Positions 38,273 to 47,520 are shown, counted from the stretch's first letter. The stretch: DNA of 64,000 nt from an uncultured Alphaproteobacteria bacterium (GCA_963734125.1 CAVTGB010000004.1:71779-135778); one strand, 5' to 3'. Notes: generated by a model from the letters alone, not told the origin. A program made the numbers and translations.

Positions 38273-38296
38273 ACGCGACGAAGAGGAGGAACCACC

Positions 38297-38749
38297 ATGC
38301 CATTGCCGCAAGACATTCGTCCGGTGTTCCAGGACATCCAGGATACGCTCGTGCGCTCCGATGCGCCGTGGATCGAAACCTCACCGACGGCGAAGATGAA
38401 GGTGCTGTGGGTCGGGTCGGAGACCGGCACCTTCGCGCTGTTGATCCACTGGAAAAAGGGCCACGTCGCCGCGCCGCACAAGCACCTCGCCGGCGCACAT
38501 GCCTATGTCATTTCCGGCAGGCTCCAGGTGAGGGGCGGCACCCTCGGCGCCGGCGATTATGTCTATGAACCCAGCGGCATCCTGCACGATGCAACGACCG
38601 CGCTCGAAGACACCACCTACCTGTTCATCTGCAACGGCGCGGTCCTGTTCTTCGACGAAAACAGCTTCACCCGCTATCTCAATTGGGAGGTCGTCGAGAA
38701 GCTGCGCACCCAAGCGGCGATCGCGCCGCGCGCCGAGGCGGCTGAATAA
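38297..38749 (+). CDS. cupin domain protein (ChrR-cupin / 2,4'-dihydroxyacetophenone dioxygenase-like)
   Basis: 150-aa ORF with a strong SD (AGGAGGAACCACCATG). The cupin metal motif region is HWKKGHVAAPHKHLAGAHAYVISG ... YVYEPSGILHD. Confidence 0.75.
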   Translation: MPLPQDIRPVFQDIQDTLVRSDAPWIETSPTAKMKVLWVGSETGTFALLIHWKKGHVAAPHKHLAGAHAYVISGRLQVRGGTLGAGDYVYEPSGILHDATTALEDTTYLFICNGAVLFFDENSFTRYLNWEVVEKLRTQAAIAPRAEAAE

Positions 38750-38768
38750 TCGGTACCGAGGTAGAGAC

Positions 38769-38779
38769 GGGGGGGGGGG
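38769..38779. repeat. G11 homopolymer tract 8-18 nt upstream of the SBP start codon
   Basis: Read directly: GAGACGGGGGGGGGGGAAGGGCGATG. Confidence 0.9.
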
Positions 38780-38786
38780 AAGGGCG

Positions 38787-39983
38787 ATGTTGAAGCGGTT
38801 GCTCGCCACGCTGGCGCCGGCCATTGCCGGGCTGGCGCTGCTGTCGGTTCCGGCCGCGGCGCAGACCATCAAGATCGGGCTGATCAACAGCTATTCGGGA
38901 CCGTTCGCGCAGGCCGGCGACGAACTCGACAAGGGGATCCGCCTCTATATCACGACCCACGAAAAGGAGCTGCCGCCCGGGGTCAAGATCGAGCTGATAA
39001 AGCGCGACGACACCGGCCCCAACCCCGATGTTGCCAAGCGCCTCGCGCAGGAATTGATCACCCGCGATCATGTGCAATTGCTGGCCGGCGTGCTCGCGTC
39101 GCCGAATGCCGCGGCGATCGCGCCGCTGACCGCCGAAGCGAAGGTGCCGATGGTGATCATGAACGCCGCGGGCGTCGCGATCCCGCGGATCTCGCCCTAT
39201 GTCGTGCGCGACTCGTTCACGCTCTGGCAGATCTCTCTCCCGATGGGTCAATGGGCGGCAAAGAAGGGCTACAAGACGGCCTATGTCGCGGTCAGCGACT
39301 TCATCCCCGGCCACGACGCCGAGGGCGCCTTCACCAAGGGCTTCACCGACAATGGCGGCAAGATCGTCGGCGACACCCGCATTCCCCTGTCGCAACTCGA
39401 CTTCGCGCCGATCCTCCAGCGCATCAAGGACGCCAAGCCCGAGGCCGTCTTCATCTTCGTTCCGGCCGGCAAATACGCGACCGCGGTGATGAAGGCGTGG
39501 TCCGATCTCGGCCTCAAGGACGCCGGGATCCAGCTCGTCACCACGCAGGACGTGATGCTCGACGAGGAATTGCAAAATATGGGCGACACCCCGCTCGGCA
39601 TCGTCAGCACCGGCAACTATTCGGCCGCCGCGACCCGGCCGCAGAACAAGGCATTTCTCGCGCTGTGGAATGCCGCCTACACCGAGAAGGCCATCCCCGA
39701 CATGTTCTCGGTCGGCGGGTGGGATGGCATGGCGATGATCTTCGACATGCTGAAGGCGACCAACGGCAAGTTCACTGCCGACCAGGCGATGGACTTCTTC
39801 AAGACCTGGAAAAACCCGGACAGCCCGCGCGGCCCGATCATGATTGATCCGGCGACCCGCGACATCATCCAGAACATCTATCTGCGCCGGGTCGAGAAGG
39901 TCGGGGGCGGGCTTGCCAATGTCGAGTTCGAGACGATCCCCCAGGTCAAGGACCCGTGGAAGGTACTGAACCCGCCGAAATAG
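38787..39983 (+). CDS. ABC transporter substrate-binding protein, LivK/branched-chain amino acid type (paralog 1)
   Basis: Internal ATG at 38787 of ORF 38559-39983. It has a signal peptide (MLKRLLATLAPAIAGLALLSVPAAAQ) followed by TIKIGLINSYSGPFAQ. Confidence 0.9.
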   Translation: MLKRLLATLAPAIAGLALLSVPAAAQTIKIGLINSYSGPFAQAGDELDKGIRLYITTHEKELPPGVKIELIKRDDTGPNPDVAKRLAQELITRDHVQLLAGVLASPNAAAIAPLTAEAKVPMVIMNAAGVAIPRISPYVVRDSFTLWQISLPMGQWAAKKGYKTAYVAVSDFIPGHDAEGAFTKGFTDNGGKIVGDTRIPLSQLDFAPILQRIKDAKPEAVFIFVPAGKYATAVMKAWSDLGLKDAGIQLVTTQDVMLDEELQNMGDTPLGIVSTGNYSAAATRPQNKAFLALWNAAYTEKAIPDMFSVGGWDGMAMIFDMLKATNGKFTADQAMDFFKTWKNPDSPRGPIMIDPATRDIIQNIYLRRVEKVGGGLANVEFETIPQVKDPWKVLNPPK

Positions 39984-40051
39984 CGGTAGCCGCGTCGCGC
40001 GGAAAAGTGCAGATGAAGCGATAGCCGGTTACCGGGCGGGGGCAGCGTACG

Positions 40052-41254
40052 ATGTCACATAAAGCATGGGGTCCGTTGCTTGGCGCGGCCGCTGGGGCGG
40101 CGCTGGCGCTGGCATCGGCCGGCGCTGCCGCGCAGACCGTGGTCAAGATCGGGCTGATCAACAGCTATTCCGGGTATGTCGCCCAGGCCGCCGACCAGGC
40201 GCAAAAAGGCATCGACCTCTATATGAAGGAGCACGAGAAGGACCTGCCGCCCGGCGTCAAGATCGAGCTGATCCGGCGCGACGATACCTCGACCCCCGAA
40301 GTCGGCAAGCGGCTGGCGCAGGAGCTCATCGCGCGCGAGCACGTCCAGCTCTTGACCGGCGTCATCCTGTCGCCGGTCGCCGCGGCGATCGCGCCCTTGA
40401 CCGCCGAAGCGAAGGTGCCGCTTCTCATCAGCATCGCCGCCGGCGGTTCGGCCATCCCGCGGATCTCGCCTTATGTCGCGCGCGTCTCCTTCACACTGTG
40501 GCAGCAGGGCTATCCAATCGGCAAATGGGCGGCCGAGCAGGGTTGGAAGACCGGCTACACCGCGGTCAGCGACTTCATCCCCGGGCACGATTCGGAAGCC
40601 GCGTTCACCAAGGGCTTTACCGATGGCGGCGGCAAGATCGTCGGCGCCGTACGCATGCCGCCGCAGAACCCCGATTTCGCCCCGTTCGTGCAGCGCATCC
40701 TGGACGCCAAGCCCGATGTCGCCTTCCTGTGGATTCCGAGCACCCAGGCGACCTCGCTGATGAAGGCGGTCAGGGATCTGAGGGTACGCGAAGCGGGCAT
40801 CCACCTGACCTCGGCGCAGGACCTGCTGCCTGACGAGCAGTTGCCGGCGATCGGGGACATTGGCGTGGGCCTTATCACCGCCGGTAATTATTCGACCGCC
40901 GGCAAGCGGCCGGGGAACGCGGCGTTTCTCGCCGCCTGGAAGCGTGCCTATGGCGACACCGCGGTCCCCGATTTCCTCTCCATCAACGCCTGGGACGGAA
41001 TGGCGGCGATCTTCGACCTGGTCCGGGCGACCAAGGGACAATTCACCGCCGACCAGGCGATGGACTTTTTCAAGGGCTGGAAGAACCCGGACAGCCCGCG
41101 CGGCCCGATCATGATCGATCCCGAGACCCGCGACATCGTCCAGAATGTCTATATCCGCCGCCTCGACAAGGTCGACGGCAAGCTCGCCAACATCGAGATC
41201 GCGACAATCCCCCAGGTCAAGGACCCCTGGAAAGAATTCAACCCGGCGAAGTAG
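40052..41254 (+). CDS. ABC transporter substrate-binding protein, LivK type (paralog 2)
   Basis: 400-aa ORF with a signal peptide and VVKIGLINSYSGYVAQ. By eye it is about two-thirds identical to paralog 1. Confidence 0.9.
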   Translation: MSHKAWGPLLGAAAGAALALASAGAAAQTVVKIGLINSYSGYVAQAADQAQKGIDLYMKEHEKDLPPGVKIELIRRDDTSTPEVGKRLAQELIAREHVQLLTGVILSPVAAAIAPLTAEAKVPLLISIAAGGSAIPRISPYVARVSFTLWQQGYPIGKWAAEQGWKTGYTAVSDFIPGHDSEAAFTKGFTDGGGKIVGAVRMPPQNPDFAPFVQRILDAKPDVAFLWIPSTQATSLMKAVRDLRVREAGIHLTSAQDLLPDEQLPAIGDIGVGLITAGNYSTAGKRPGNAAFLAAWKRAYGDTAVPDFLSINAWDGMAAIFDLVRATKGQFTADQAMDFFKGWKNPDSPRGPIMIDPETRDIVQNVYIRRLDKVDGKLANIEIATIPQVKDPWKEFNPAK

Positions 41255-41355
41255 CCGCGGACCGATGCCCCGTTACCCGCTCACCCATCCCCGGAACGCC
41301 CGCCCCGGCGGGCGGCCGTCCGGGGACCGGGTAGGGCTCGGCCACGCGTCGCCGA

Positions 41356-41405
41356 CCCTGCACAACCCTCTCCCCCACTGGGGGAGAGGGCAGGGTGAGG
41401 GGGAC
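41356..41405. repeat. REP-like element, family D (short copy)
   Basis: CCCTGCACAACCCTCTCCCCCACTGGGGGAGAGGGCAGGGTGAGGGGGA. Confidence 0.65.
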
Positions 41406-41425
41406 CAGCGAGGCGGAGCCGCCCG

Positions 41426-42298
41426 GTGAGCGATGCCTTTTCGGCCACCGTCAGCATCCTCTTCCACGGCACCGCCTTTGCGATGGTGCTGTACCTGATC
41501 TCGGTCGGGCTGTCGGTGACGATGGGGATGATGGGGTTCATCAACCTCGCCCACGGCGTCTTCGCGATGGTCGGCGGCTATGTGCTGACGAGCCTGATGG
41601 GCCGGGTCGGGGTGCCGTTCGTGCCGGCGCTCGCCGCTGCCGCGGTCGCCACCGCGATTGTCAGCCTCCCTGTCGAGCGCCTCTTATATCGGCGGCTCTA
41701 TGGCGGCGACGAACTCGACCAGGTGCTCCTGACGATGGGGCTCATCTTCATGTCGGTGGCTGGGGCCACTTATGTCTGGGGGCCGTTGCAGCAGCCGATG
41801 CAGCCGCCGCCCTGGCTCAGCGGCCAGGTCGATCTCGGCTTCCGCAGCTTCCCCGGCTATCGCAGCTTTCTGATCGTCTGCGGCGCCGGCCTCGTCACGG
41901 TGCTGTGGCTGGGCCTCGAGCGCACCCGCTTCGGGGTTCAGATCCGCGCCGCGGTCGACAACCTTAAGATGGCGCAATCGGTCGGCATCAACACTTCGCG
42001 CCTCTTCACCCTGACCTTCGCCTTGGGCAGCGGGCTGGCCGGATTGGGCGGCGCGCTCGGCGCCGACCTCTTGGCGATCAATCCGACCTACGCCCTCGAA
42101 AACCTCGTCTATTTCCTGATCGTCGTTGCGGTCGGCGGGCTCGGCAGCATCCGGGGACCCTTTGTCGCCTCGCTGCTGATTGGGATCGCCGATACCGGGT
42201 TCAAATACCTCTTGCCCGAACTGGGCGCCTTTTTCATCTACGCGTTGACGATGGCGATTTTATTGTGGCGACCGAGGGGCTTGTTCGGACGGGCGTGA
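41426..42298 (+). CDS. livH: branched-chain amino acid ABC transporter permease
   Basis: 290-aa polytopic ORF with a GTG start (GLSVTMGMMGFINLAHG ... LVYFLIVVAVGGLGSIRGP). Confidence 0.9.
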   Translation: MSDAFSATVSILFHGTAFAMVLYLISVGLSVTMGMMGFINLAHGVFAMVGGYVLTSLMGRVGVPFVPALAAAAVATAIVSLPVERLLYRRLYGGDELDQVLLTMGLIFMSVAGATYVWGPLQQPMQPPPWLSGQVDLGFRSFPGYRSFLIVCGAGLVTVLWLGLERTRFGVQIRAAVDNLKMAQSVGINTSRLFTLTFALGSGLAGLGGALGADLLAINPTYALENLVYFLIVVAVGGLGSIRGPFVASLLIGIADTGFKYLLPELGAFFIYALTMAILLWRPRGLFGRA

Positions 42299-43260
42299 GC
42301 GCGGATCGGGGAGCGGTTGACGCCTTCACCCGGCGCCACCGCTTTCACCCGCTGGAGGCGCTGCCCTGGGCGGCGGCGCTGGCGGCTTACGTAATTTTCC
42401 CAAGCTATCTGCCATTGGGTTCGCAGATCCTGGCGACGATCCTCTTTGCCCTCTCGGCCGATCTGGTGCTGGGGTATGCCGGCATCGTCACCCTGGGCCA
42501 TGCCGCGTTCTTCGGCACCGGCGCCTACACCGCCGGCATCCTCGCCGCGCATGGCTGGGGCGAACCGATCAGTGGCCTCATCGTCGGGGCGCTTGCCGCG
42601 GCCCTCGTCGGGCTCGCCTCGGGCCTCGTCGTCCTGCGCACGACCGGGCTCCCACTCCTGATGCAGACCCTGGTCGTTGCCACCCTCCTCTACGAGGCGG
42701 CCAACAAGGCCTCCTCGATCACCGGGGGCGACGATGGGCTGCAGGGCATGGTGGTGTGGCCGATCTTCGGCGTCTTTAATTTCGATCTGTTCGGCCGGAC
42801 CGCTTACGTCTACTGCCTCGTCGTCCTCTTTGGATGCTGGTGGTTCGCCCGCCACCTCGTCCACTCGCCGTTTGGGCGCTCCTTGACCGGCATTCGCGAG
42901 AATGTGCTGCGCATGCACGCCGTCGGTGCGCCGGTGTTTCGCCGCCGCCTTATAATCTACACGATCTCCGCCGCCTTCGCCGGGACCGCCGGGGCGCTGG
43001 TCGCGCAGACCACGCAATTTGTCGGGCTCAGCAGCCTCAGCCTCGATCGCTCCGGGGGCGCCTTAATCATGCTGATCATCGGCGGGGTCGGGCGGCTCTA
43101 TGGCGCCTTCATTGGCGTCCCCCTCTACATGATCGCGCAGGACCGGTTTTCCGAACTCGAGCCGGCCTATTGGTATTTCTGGATCGGCCTCCTAATGGTG
43201 ATCGTCGTCCTGTTCGGCCGCGGCGGCGTTCTCGGCCTCCTCGACCGGCTCCGCCGATGA
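42295..43260 (+). CDS. livM: branched-chain amino acid ABC transporter permease
   Basis: ORF 42265-43260. The GTG at 42295 overlaps the livH stop (GTGA) and is the likelier start. It contains LVLGYAGIVTLGHAAFFGTGAYTA. Confidence 0.85.
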   Translation: MSADRGAVDAFTRRHRFHPLEALPWAAALAAYVIFPSYLPLGSQILATILFALSADLVLGYAGIVTLGHAAFFGTGAYTAGILAAHGWGEPISGLIVGALAAALVGLASGLVVLRTTGLPLLMQTLVVATLLYEAANKASSITGGDDGLQGMVVWPIFGVFNFDLFGRTAYVYCLVVLFGCWWFARHLVHSPFGRSLTGIRENVLRMHAVGAPVFRRRLIIYTISAAFAGTAGALVAQTTQFVGLSSLSLDRSGGALIMLIIGGVGRLYGAFIGVPLYMIAQDRFSELEPAYWYFWIGLLMVIVVLFGRGGVLGLLDRLRR

Positions 43261-44036
43261 TCCCGCCCGCGACAAATGGGCCGGCGCTCGAAACTCGCGC
43301 CCTCTCGAAGAGTTTTGGCGCGCTGCGCGTTGCCGACGCCATCGATTTCCGGCTCGAACGCGGCGCCCGCCAGGCGCTGATCGGCCCGAACGGCGCCGGC
43401 AAGACCAGCTTTGTCAACCTGGTGACCGGGGCGCTGCGGCCGGACGCCGGGCAGATCCTGATCGACGGCGCCGAGGTAACTCATCTGGCGCAATCGGCGC
43501 GCGTGAAGCGTGGTCTCGCGCGCACCTTCCAGGTCACCGCGTTGTTCCGCCAGTTGAGCACGCTCGAAAACGTGACGCTTGCGATCGCCGAGAGGGAAGG
43601 GGTCGCGGGTGACCTGTTTTGGCCCGCCGGGCGTCACCAGCACGTCACCGAGGAAGCCTTCGCGCTTTTGGAATCGCTCGACCTCGCCGCTGACGCATTG
43701 CGCCCGGTCAACACCCTCCCCTATGGCCGCCAGCGCCTCGTCGAGATCGCCGTCGCGCTCGGCCTTGCACCGAAGGTGCTGCTGCTCGACGAACCGGCCG
43801 CCGGCGTCCCCTCGGGCGAAACCGGGCTCGTCATCGGGGTCGTCGAGCGCCTGCCGCCCGACATCGCCGTCCTCATCATCGACCACGATATGGATCTGGT
43901 GTTTCGCCTGGCGCGCCGCATCACGGTGATGGTCGAGGGGCATATCCTCGTCGAGGGCCCGCCCGAGGCGATCGCCGGCGATCCGCAAGTGCGCCAGGTC
44001 TATCTCGGCGAGCGCGCCCATGGACCCGGGCGATGA
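43257..44036 (+). CDS. livG: ABC transporter ATP-binding protein (LivG-like)
   Basis: Internal ATG at 43257 overlaps the livM stop (ATGA). Walker A is GPNGAGKTS, the signature-like region is YGRQRLVEIA, and Walker B is LLLDEPAAG. Confidence 0.9.
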   Translation: MIPPATNGPALETRALSKSFGALRVADAIDFRLERGARQALIGPNGAGKTSFVNLVTGALRPDAGQILIDGAEVTHLAQSARVKRGLARTFQVTALFRQLSTLENVTLAIAEREGVAGDLFWPAGRHQHVTEEAFALLESLDLAADALRPVNTLPYGRQRLVEIAVALGLAPKVLLLDEPAAGVPSGETGLVIGVVERLPPDIAVLIIDHDMDLVFRLARRITVMVEGHILVEGPPEAIAGDPQVRQVYLGERAHGPGR

Positions 44037-44764
44037 GCGAACCCACCCAGGCCGAGGGCCTCACTCTCGACGGGGTCGACGCGGGATATGGCGAGACGGT
44101 GGTGCTCGAAGGGATTTCGCTCGCGATCAAGCCGGGCGGCACGCTCGCCCTCCTTGGCCGCAACGGGGTCGGCAAGACGACGCTGCTGGCAACGATCATG
44201 GGGCATACCGCGCTCCATGCCGGGCGCATCCGCTTTGCCGGGCGGGACATCGGGGCGCTGCCGCCCTACCGCCGGGCGCGGCTCGGCATTGGCCTGGTGC
44301 CACAGGAGCGGGAGATCTTTCCTTCGCTCACGGTCGAGGAGAATTTGCTAGTCGCGGCGCAGCCCAGCGCCTGGTCAGTTCCCCGCATCTATGATCTTTT
44401 CCCCTCGCTCGCATCGCGCCGCACCAACCGCGGCAATCACCTCTCGGGCGGCGAACAGCAGATGCTGGCGATCGGCCGCGCGCTCATTGGCAACCCGGCG
44501 CTCCTCTTGATGGACGAGCCGCTCGAGGGCCTCGCGCCGGTGATCGTCGACACGCTCCTGGCGGCGCTCGGGCGGGTGCGGCGCGAAGACCATCTGGCGC
44601 TCCTCCTGGTCGAACAGCACGCCCGTCTCGCGCTCGAATTCGCCGACGAGGCGATCGTCCTCGACCGCGGCCGGATCGTCTTCGACGGCCCGAGCCGCGA
44701 ATTGCTCGACGCCTCCGAGCGCGTCGAAGCGCTGATGGGCGTAACCGCCCGCGGCCCGCGCTAG
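44033..44764 (+). CDS. livF: ABC transporter ATP-binding protein (LivF-like)
   Basis: 243-aa ORF with GRNGVGKTT, LSGGEQQMLAIGRAL and LLMDEPLEGLAP. It overlaps livG by 4 nt. Confidence 0.9.
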   Translation: MSEPTQAEGLTLDGVDAGYGETVVLEGISLAIKPGGTLALLGRNGVGKTTLLATIMGHTALHAGRIRFAGRDIGALPPYRRARLGIGLVPQEREIFPSLTVEENLLVAAQPSAWSVPRIYDLFPSLASRRTNRGNHLSGGEQQMLAIGRALIGNPALLLMDEPLEGLAPVIVDTLLAALGRVRREDHLALLLVEQHARLALEFADEAIVLDRGRIVFDGPSRELLDASERVEALMGVTARGPR

Positions 44765-44775
44765 AATTAAGGGAG

Positions 44776-45645
44776 ATGCGCATGCGCCGATTTGCCTTGC
44801 TATGCCTGCTGATCCTCGTGGCCTCGGCGGCCGCGAACGCCGAGACGCCGCAATGGCTGACACTGCCGCCGACGCCGAGCCTGCCGAAGGCGGCGCAGAG
44901 CGGCTATGCCCCGGTCAACGGCGTCAAGATCTGGTACGCCACCTTCGGGCCCGGGTCAGCCGCGGGCGACCCCGTCATCCTCTTGCATGGCGGCCTCGCC
45001 AACTCGAATTACTGGGGCAACCAGGTGCGCGAACTGGCAAAGCGCTACCCGGTCATCGTCATGGACAGCCGCGGGCACGGCCGCAGCACCCGTAACGCCG
45101 AGCCGTATGGCTATGATCTGATGGCGTCGGACGTGGTCGGGCTGATGGATTTCCTCAAGGTCAAGAAGGCGGCAATCGTCGGCTGGAGCGACGGCGCGAT
45201 CCTCGGCCTCGACATCGCGATGAAGCATCCCGAGCGGGTGTCGAAACTGTTTGCCTTTGCTGCCAATTCTGATCCCTCAGGCGTCGCCGACATCGCCCAG
45301 AGCCCGGTCTTCAACGCCTACATCGCCCGCGCCGAGAAGGAATACGAAAAGCTGTCGCCCACCCCCACCGAGTACAAGACCTTTCTCGCCCAAATCACCA
45401 AGATGTGGGAAATCCAGCCCAACTGGACCGCCGCGGATTTGAAGCGCATCACGGTGCCGACCTGGATTGTCGACGCCGACCATGACGAAGCGATCAAGCG
45501 CGAGAACACCCTATTCATGGCCGCCAACATCCCCGATGCCGGCCTCCTCTTAGAGCCCGAGGTCAGCCACTTCGCGTTTCTCCAGGACCCCGGCCAGTTC
45601 ACCGCCGACGTCCTGCATTTCCTCGATCACGTGAAGGGGCGCTGA
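44776..45645 (+). CDS. secreted alpha/beta hydrolase
   Basis: 289-aa ORF with a signal peptide (MRMRRFALLCLLILVASAAANA), HGGLANSNYW, the nucleophile elbow GWSDGA, and a C-terminal His region. Confidence 0.85.
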   Translation: MRMRRFALLCLLILVASAAANAETPQWLTLPPTPSLPKAAQSGYAPVNGVKIWYATFGPGSAAGDPVILLHGGLANSNYWGNQVRELAKRYPVIVMDSRGHGRSTRNAEPYGYDLMASDVVGLMDFLKVKKAAIVGWSDGAILGLDIAMKHPERVSKLFAFAANSDPSGVADIAQSPVFNAYIARAEKEYEKLSPTPTEYKTFLAQITKMWEIQPNWTAADLKRITVPTWIVDADHDEAIKRENTLFMAANIPDAGLLLEPEVSHFAFLQDPGQFTADVLHFLDHVKGR

Positions 45646-45662
45646 CCTTCGCACTCGGCGCG

Positions 45663-45793
45663 CATCACCCTCACCCCACCCCGACCCGCCCCCATCGAGG
45701 GGGCGGGAGTAACAACGAGGCCCTCGCCGCCGAGATAAACCCTCCCCCTTGATGGGGGAGGGTTTGGGAGGGGGTGAGCGCGGTGCAGCTTAA
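45663..45793. repeat. REP-like element, family D (full copy)
   Basis: CATCACCCTCACCCCACCCCGACCCGCCCCCATCGAGGGGGCGGG ... CCCTCCCCCTTGATGGGGGAGGGTTTGGGAGGGGGTGAGCGCGGTGCAGCTT. It closely parallels 16091-16195. Confidence 0.75.
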
Positions 45794-45828
45794 TTGATCG
45801 GCTCAACATGAGCCCCTCGCCGCCGCGC

Positions 45829-47043
45829 CTACAAGGGCCAGGCGCTGCCGGAAAACGGGATGATCGGCACCTCTGCGCCGACCGGGAGCGCCGGGGCGTG
45901 CGGCGGGCGCATGACGAGGCAATCGGAGGCGGAGAGCGGGCGCATCATCGAGCTGTCCTGGACTTCGAACGGGACGGCTTCGACGACGCCATCGGCGGCG
46001 CGCACGAGGCGGGCGCGCAGATAGTCCTGCCGGCGGTCGTTGGCTCGGAGGGCGACGCCAAGCCGGACGGTTACCGGCGCCGCCGCCGCGTCGGCGAGGC
46101 CGCTCAGGCGATCGAGCGCGGGCTTCAAGAAGAGCAGCGAGCAGACCAAGGTCGAGACCGGGTTGCCGGGGAGCCCCAGCATCGGCGTCCCGCGGTAATG
46201 CCCGAACATCAAGGGCTTGCCCGGCCGCATCGCGATTTCCCAGAAATCGATGTCGAGCCCGTCTTCGCTGAGAACTCCGCGCACAAGATCGTGCTCGCCG
46301 ACCGAGACGCCGCCGGTCGTAACCAGGAGATCGACCCCCTTTGCCGCCGCGGCAAAGCGGCGGAGCGCCTCGGGGTCGTCAGGCGCGTTGCCGACCAGGA
46401 CCGGAACGCCGCCGCAGGCGGTGACAAAGGCGGCGAGCGCCAGCGCGTTCGAACTGACGATCTGATGGGGGCCGATCGGGTCCCCCGGCATGACGATCTC
46501 GTCGCCGGTGGAAAGGACCCCGACCCGCGGCCGGCGATGGACAAAGAGCCACGGCCGGTTCATCGCCGCGGCGAGCCCGACGTCGCGGGGCGTCAGGCGG
46601 CGTCCGGCGGTGAGCAGCACGTCGCCCTCGGCGAAATCGAGGCCGGCGCGCCGGACATAGCGGCCCTTCGCCGCGCCTTCCCTGACCTCGACCCGGTCGC
46701 CCTGCCGTTCGGTATCTTCCTGGATGATGATCGTGTCGGCGCCGTCCGGCAGCGGCGCCCCGGTGAAGATGCGGGCAGCCTCGCCCGGCCCGAGGGTGCC
46801 GCCAAACCCGGCGCCGGCCGGGATCTCGGCGACGATCGCGAGGCGCGCGGGGATGCGGCCGAGATCGGCGGCGCGCACCGCATAGCCGTCCATAGCCGAG
46901 ACCGCGAACGGCGGCTGGGTCCGCCGCGCCGCCACATCCTCGGCGAGAACCCGGCCGATCGCCTCGGCAATCGACACCTGTTCGGGGGGGAGCGCTTCGA
47001 GCGGGGCCAGGAGCCGCCCCAGGGCTTCTTCAACCGATATCAT
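45829..47043 (-). CDS. moeA: molybdopterin molybdenumtransferase MoeA
   Basis: 404-aa ORF ([12 protein letters not shown] ... [13 protein letters not shown] ... [11 protein letters not shown] ... GLPGNPVS). Its start overlaps the moaC stop (ATGA). Confidence 0.93.
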   Translation of the reverse strand: MISVEEALGRLLAPLEALPPEQVSIAEAIGRVLAEDVAARRTQPPFAVSAMDGYAVRAADLGRIPARLAIVAEIPAGAGFGGTLGPGEAARIFTGAPLPDGADTIIIQEDTERQGDRVEVREGAAKGRYVRRAGLDFAEGDVLLTAGRRLTPRDVGLAAAMNRPWLFVHRRPRVGVLSTGDEIVMPGDPIGPHQIVSSNALALAAFVTACGGVPVLVGNAPDDPEALRRFAAAAKGVDLLVTTGGVSVGEHDLVRGVLSEDGLDIDFWEIAMRPGKPLMFGHYRGTPMLGLPGNPVSTLVCSLLFLKPALDRLSGLADAAAAPVTVRLGVALRANDRRQDYLRARLVRAADGVVEAVPFEVQDSSMMRPLSASDCLVMRPPHAPALPVGAEVPIIPFSGSAWPL

Positions 47044-47520
47044 AGATTTGCCTCGTAATCACCTGACTTACCGCCCGATTTGCGCAAAAGGCGCAGATCG
47101 GTCACGACCATCGCGCGGTCGATCGCCTTGCACATGTCATAGATCGTCAGCGCAGCGAATTCCGGCTGCGGTCAGCGCTTCCATCTCGACCCCGGTGCGC
47201 CCCTGGAGGCGGCAGGTCGCGGTGATCTCGACGCAGGAACGCTCGGGCACGCAGACGAGTTCGACCGCGACCGAGGTCAAGGCCAGCGGATGACATAGCG
47301 GGATCAATTCGGCGGTGCGCTTTGCCGCCATGATCCCGGCGAGGCGCGCGACCGCGAGCACATCGCCCTTGGCGATTTCGCCGGCCTGGATCCGAGCCAA
47401 GGTCTCGGGTTTCATGACGACCCGGGCGCCGGCGATTGCCACCCGGTCGGTCTCGGCCTTGTCGGAGACGTCGACCATCCGGGCGCGGCCTTCGAGATCG
47501 GTGTGGGTGAGGTCGGGGAG
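47040..47520 (-). pseudogene. moaC: cyclic pyranopterin monophosphate synthase MoaC region: joined in frame to trpC upstream, with one frame break near its 3' end
   Basis: [27 protein letters not shown] ... IPLCHPLAL ... [12 protein letters not shown] lies in ORF 47137-48306. After the GGAATTCGC site (47158-47161) the conserved tail [39 protein letters not shown] is in the -1 frame and ends at 47040. Confidence 0.8.

Noticed and set aside
37566-38749. Idea that the zinc-ribbon ORF, membrane ORF and cupin form a split ChrR-like anti-sigma factor
   Set aside because: There is no ECF sigma gene in the vicinity. ORF1 lacks the HxxxCxxC ZAS signature, having only two CxxC pairs. The cupin is equally compatible with a dioxygenase-type enzyme.
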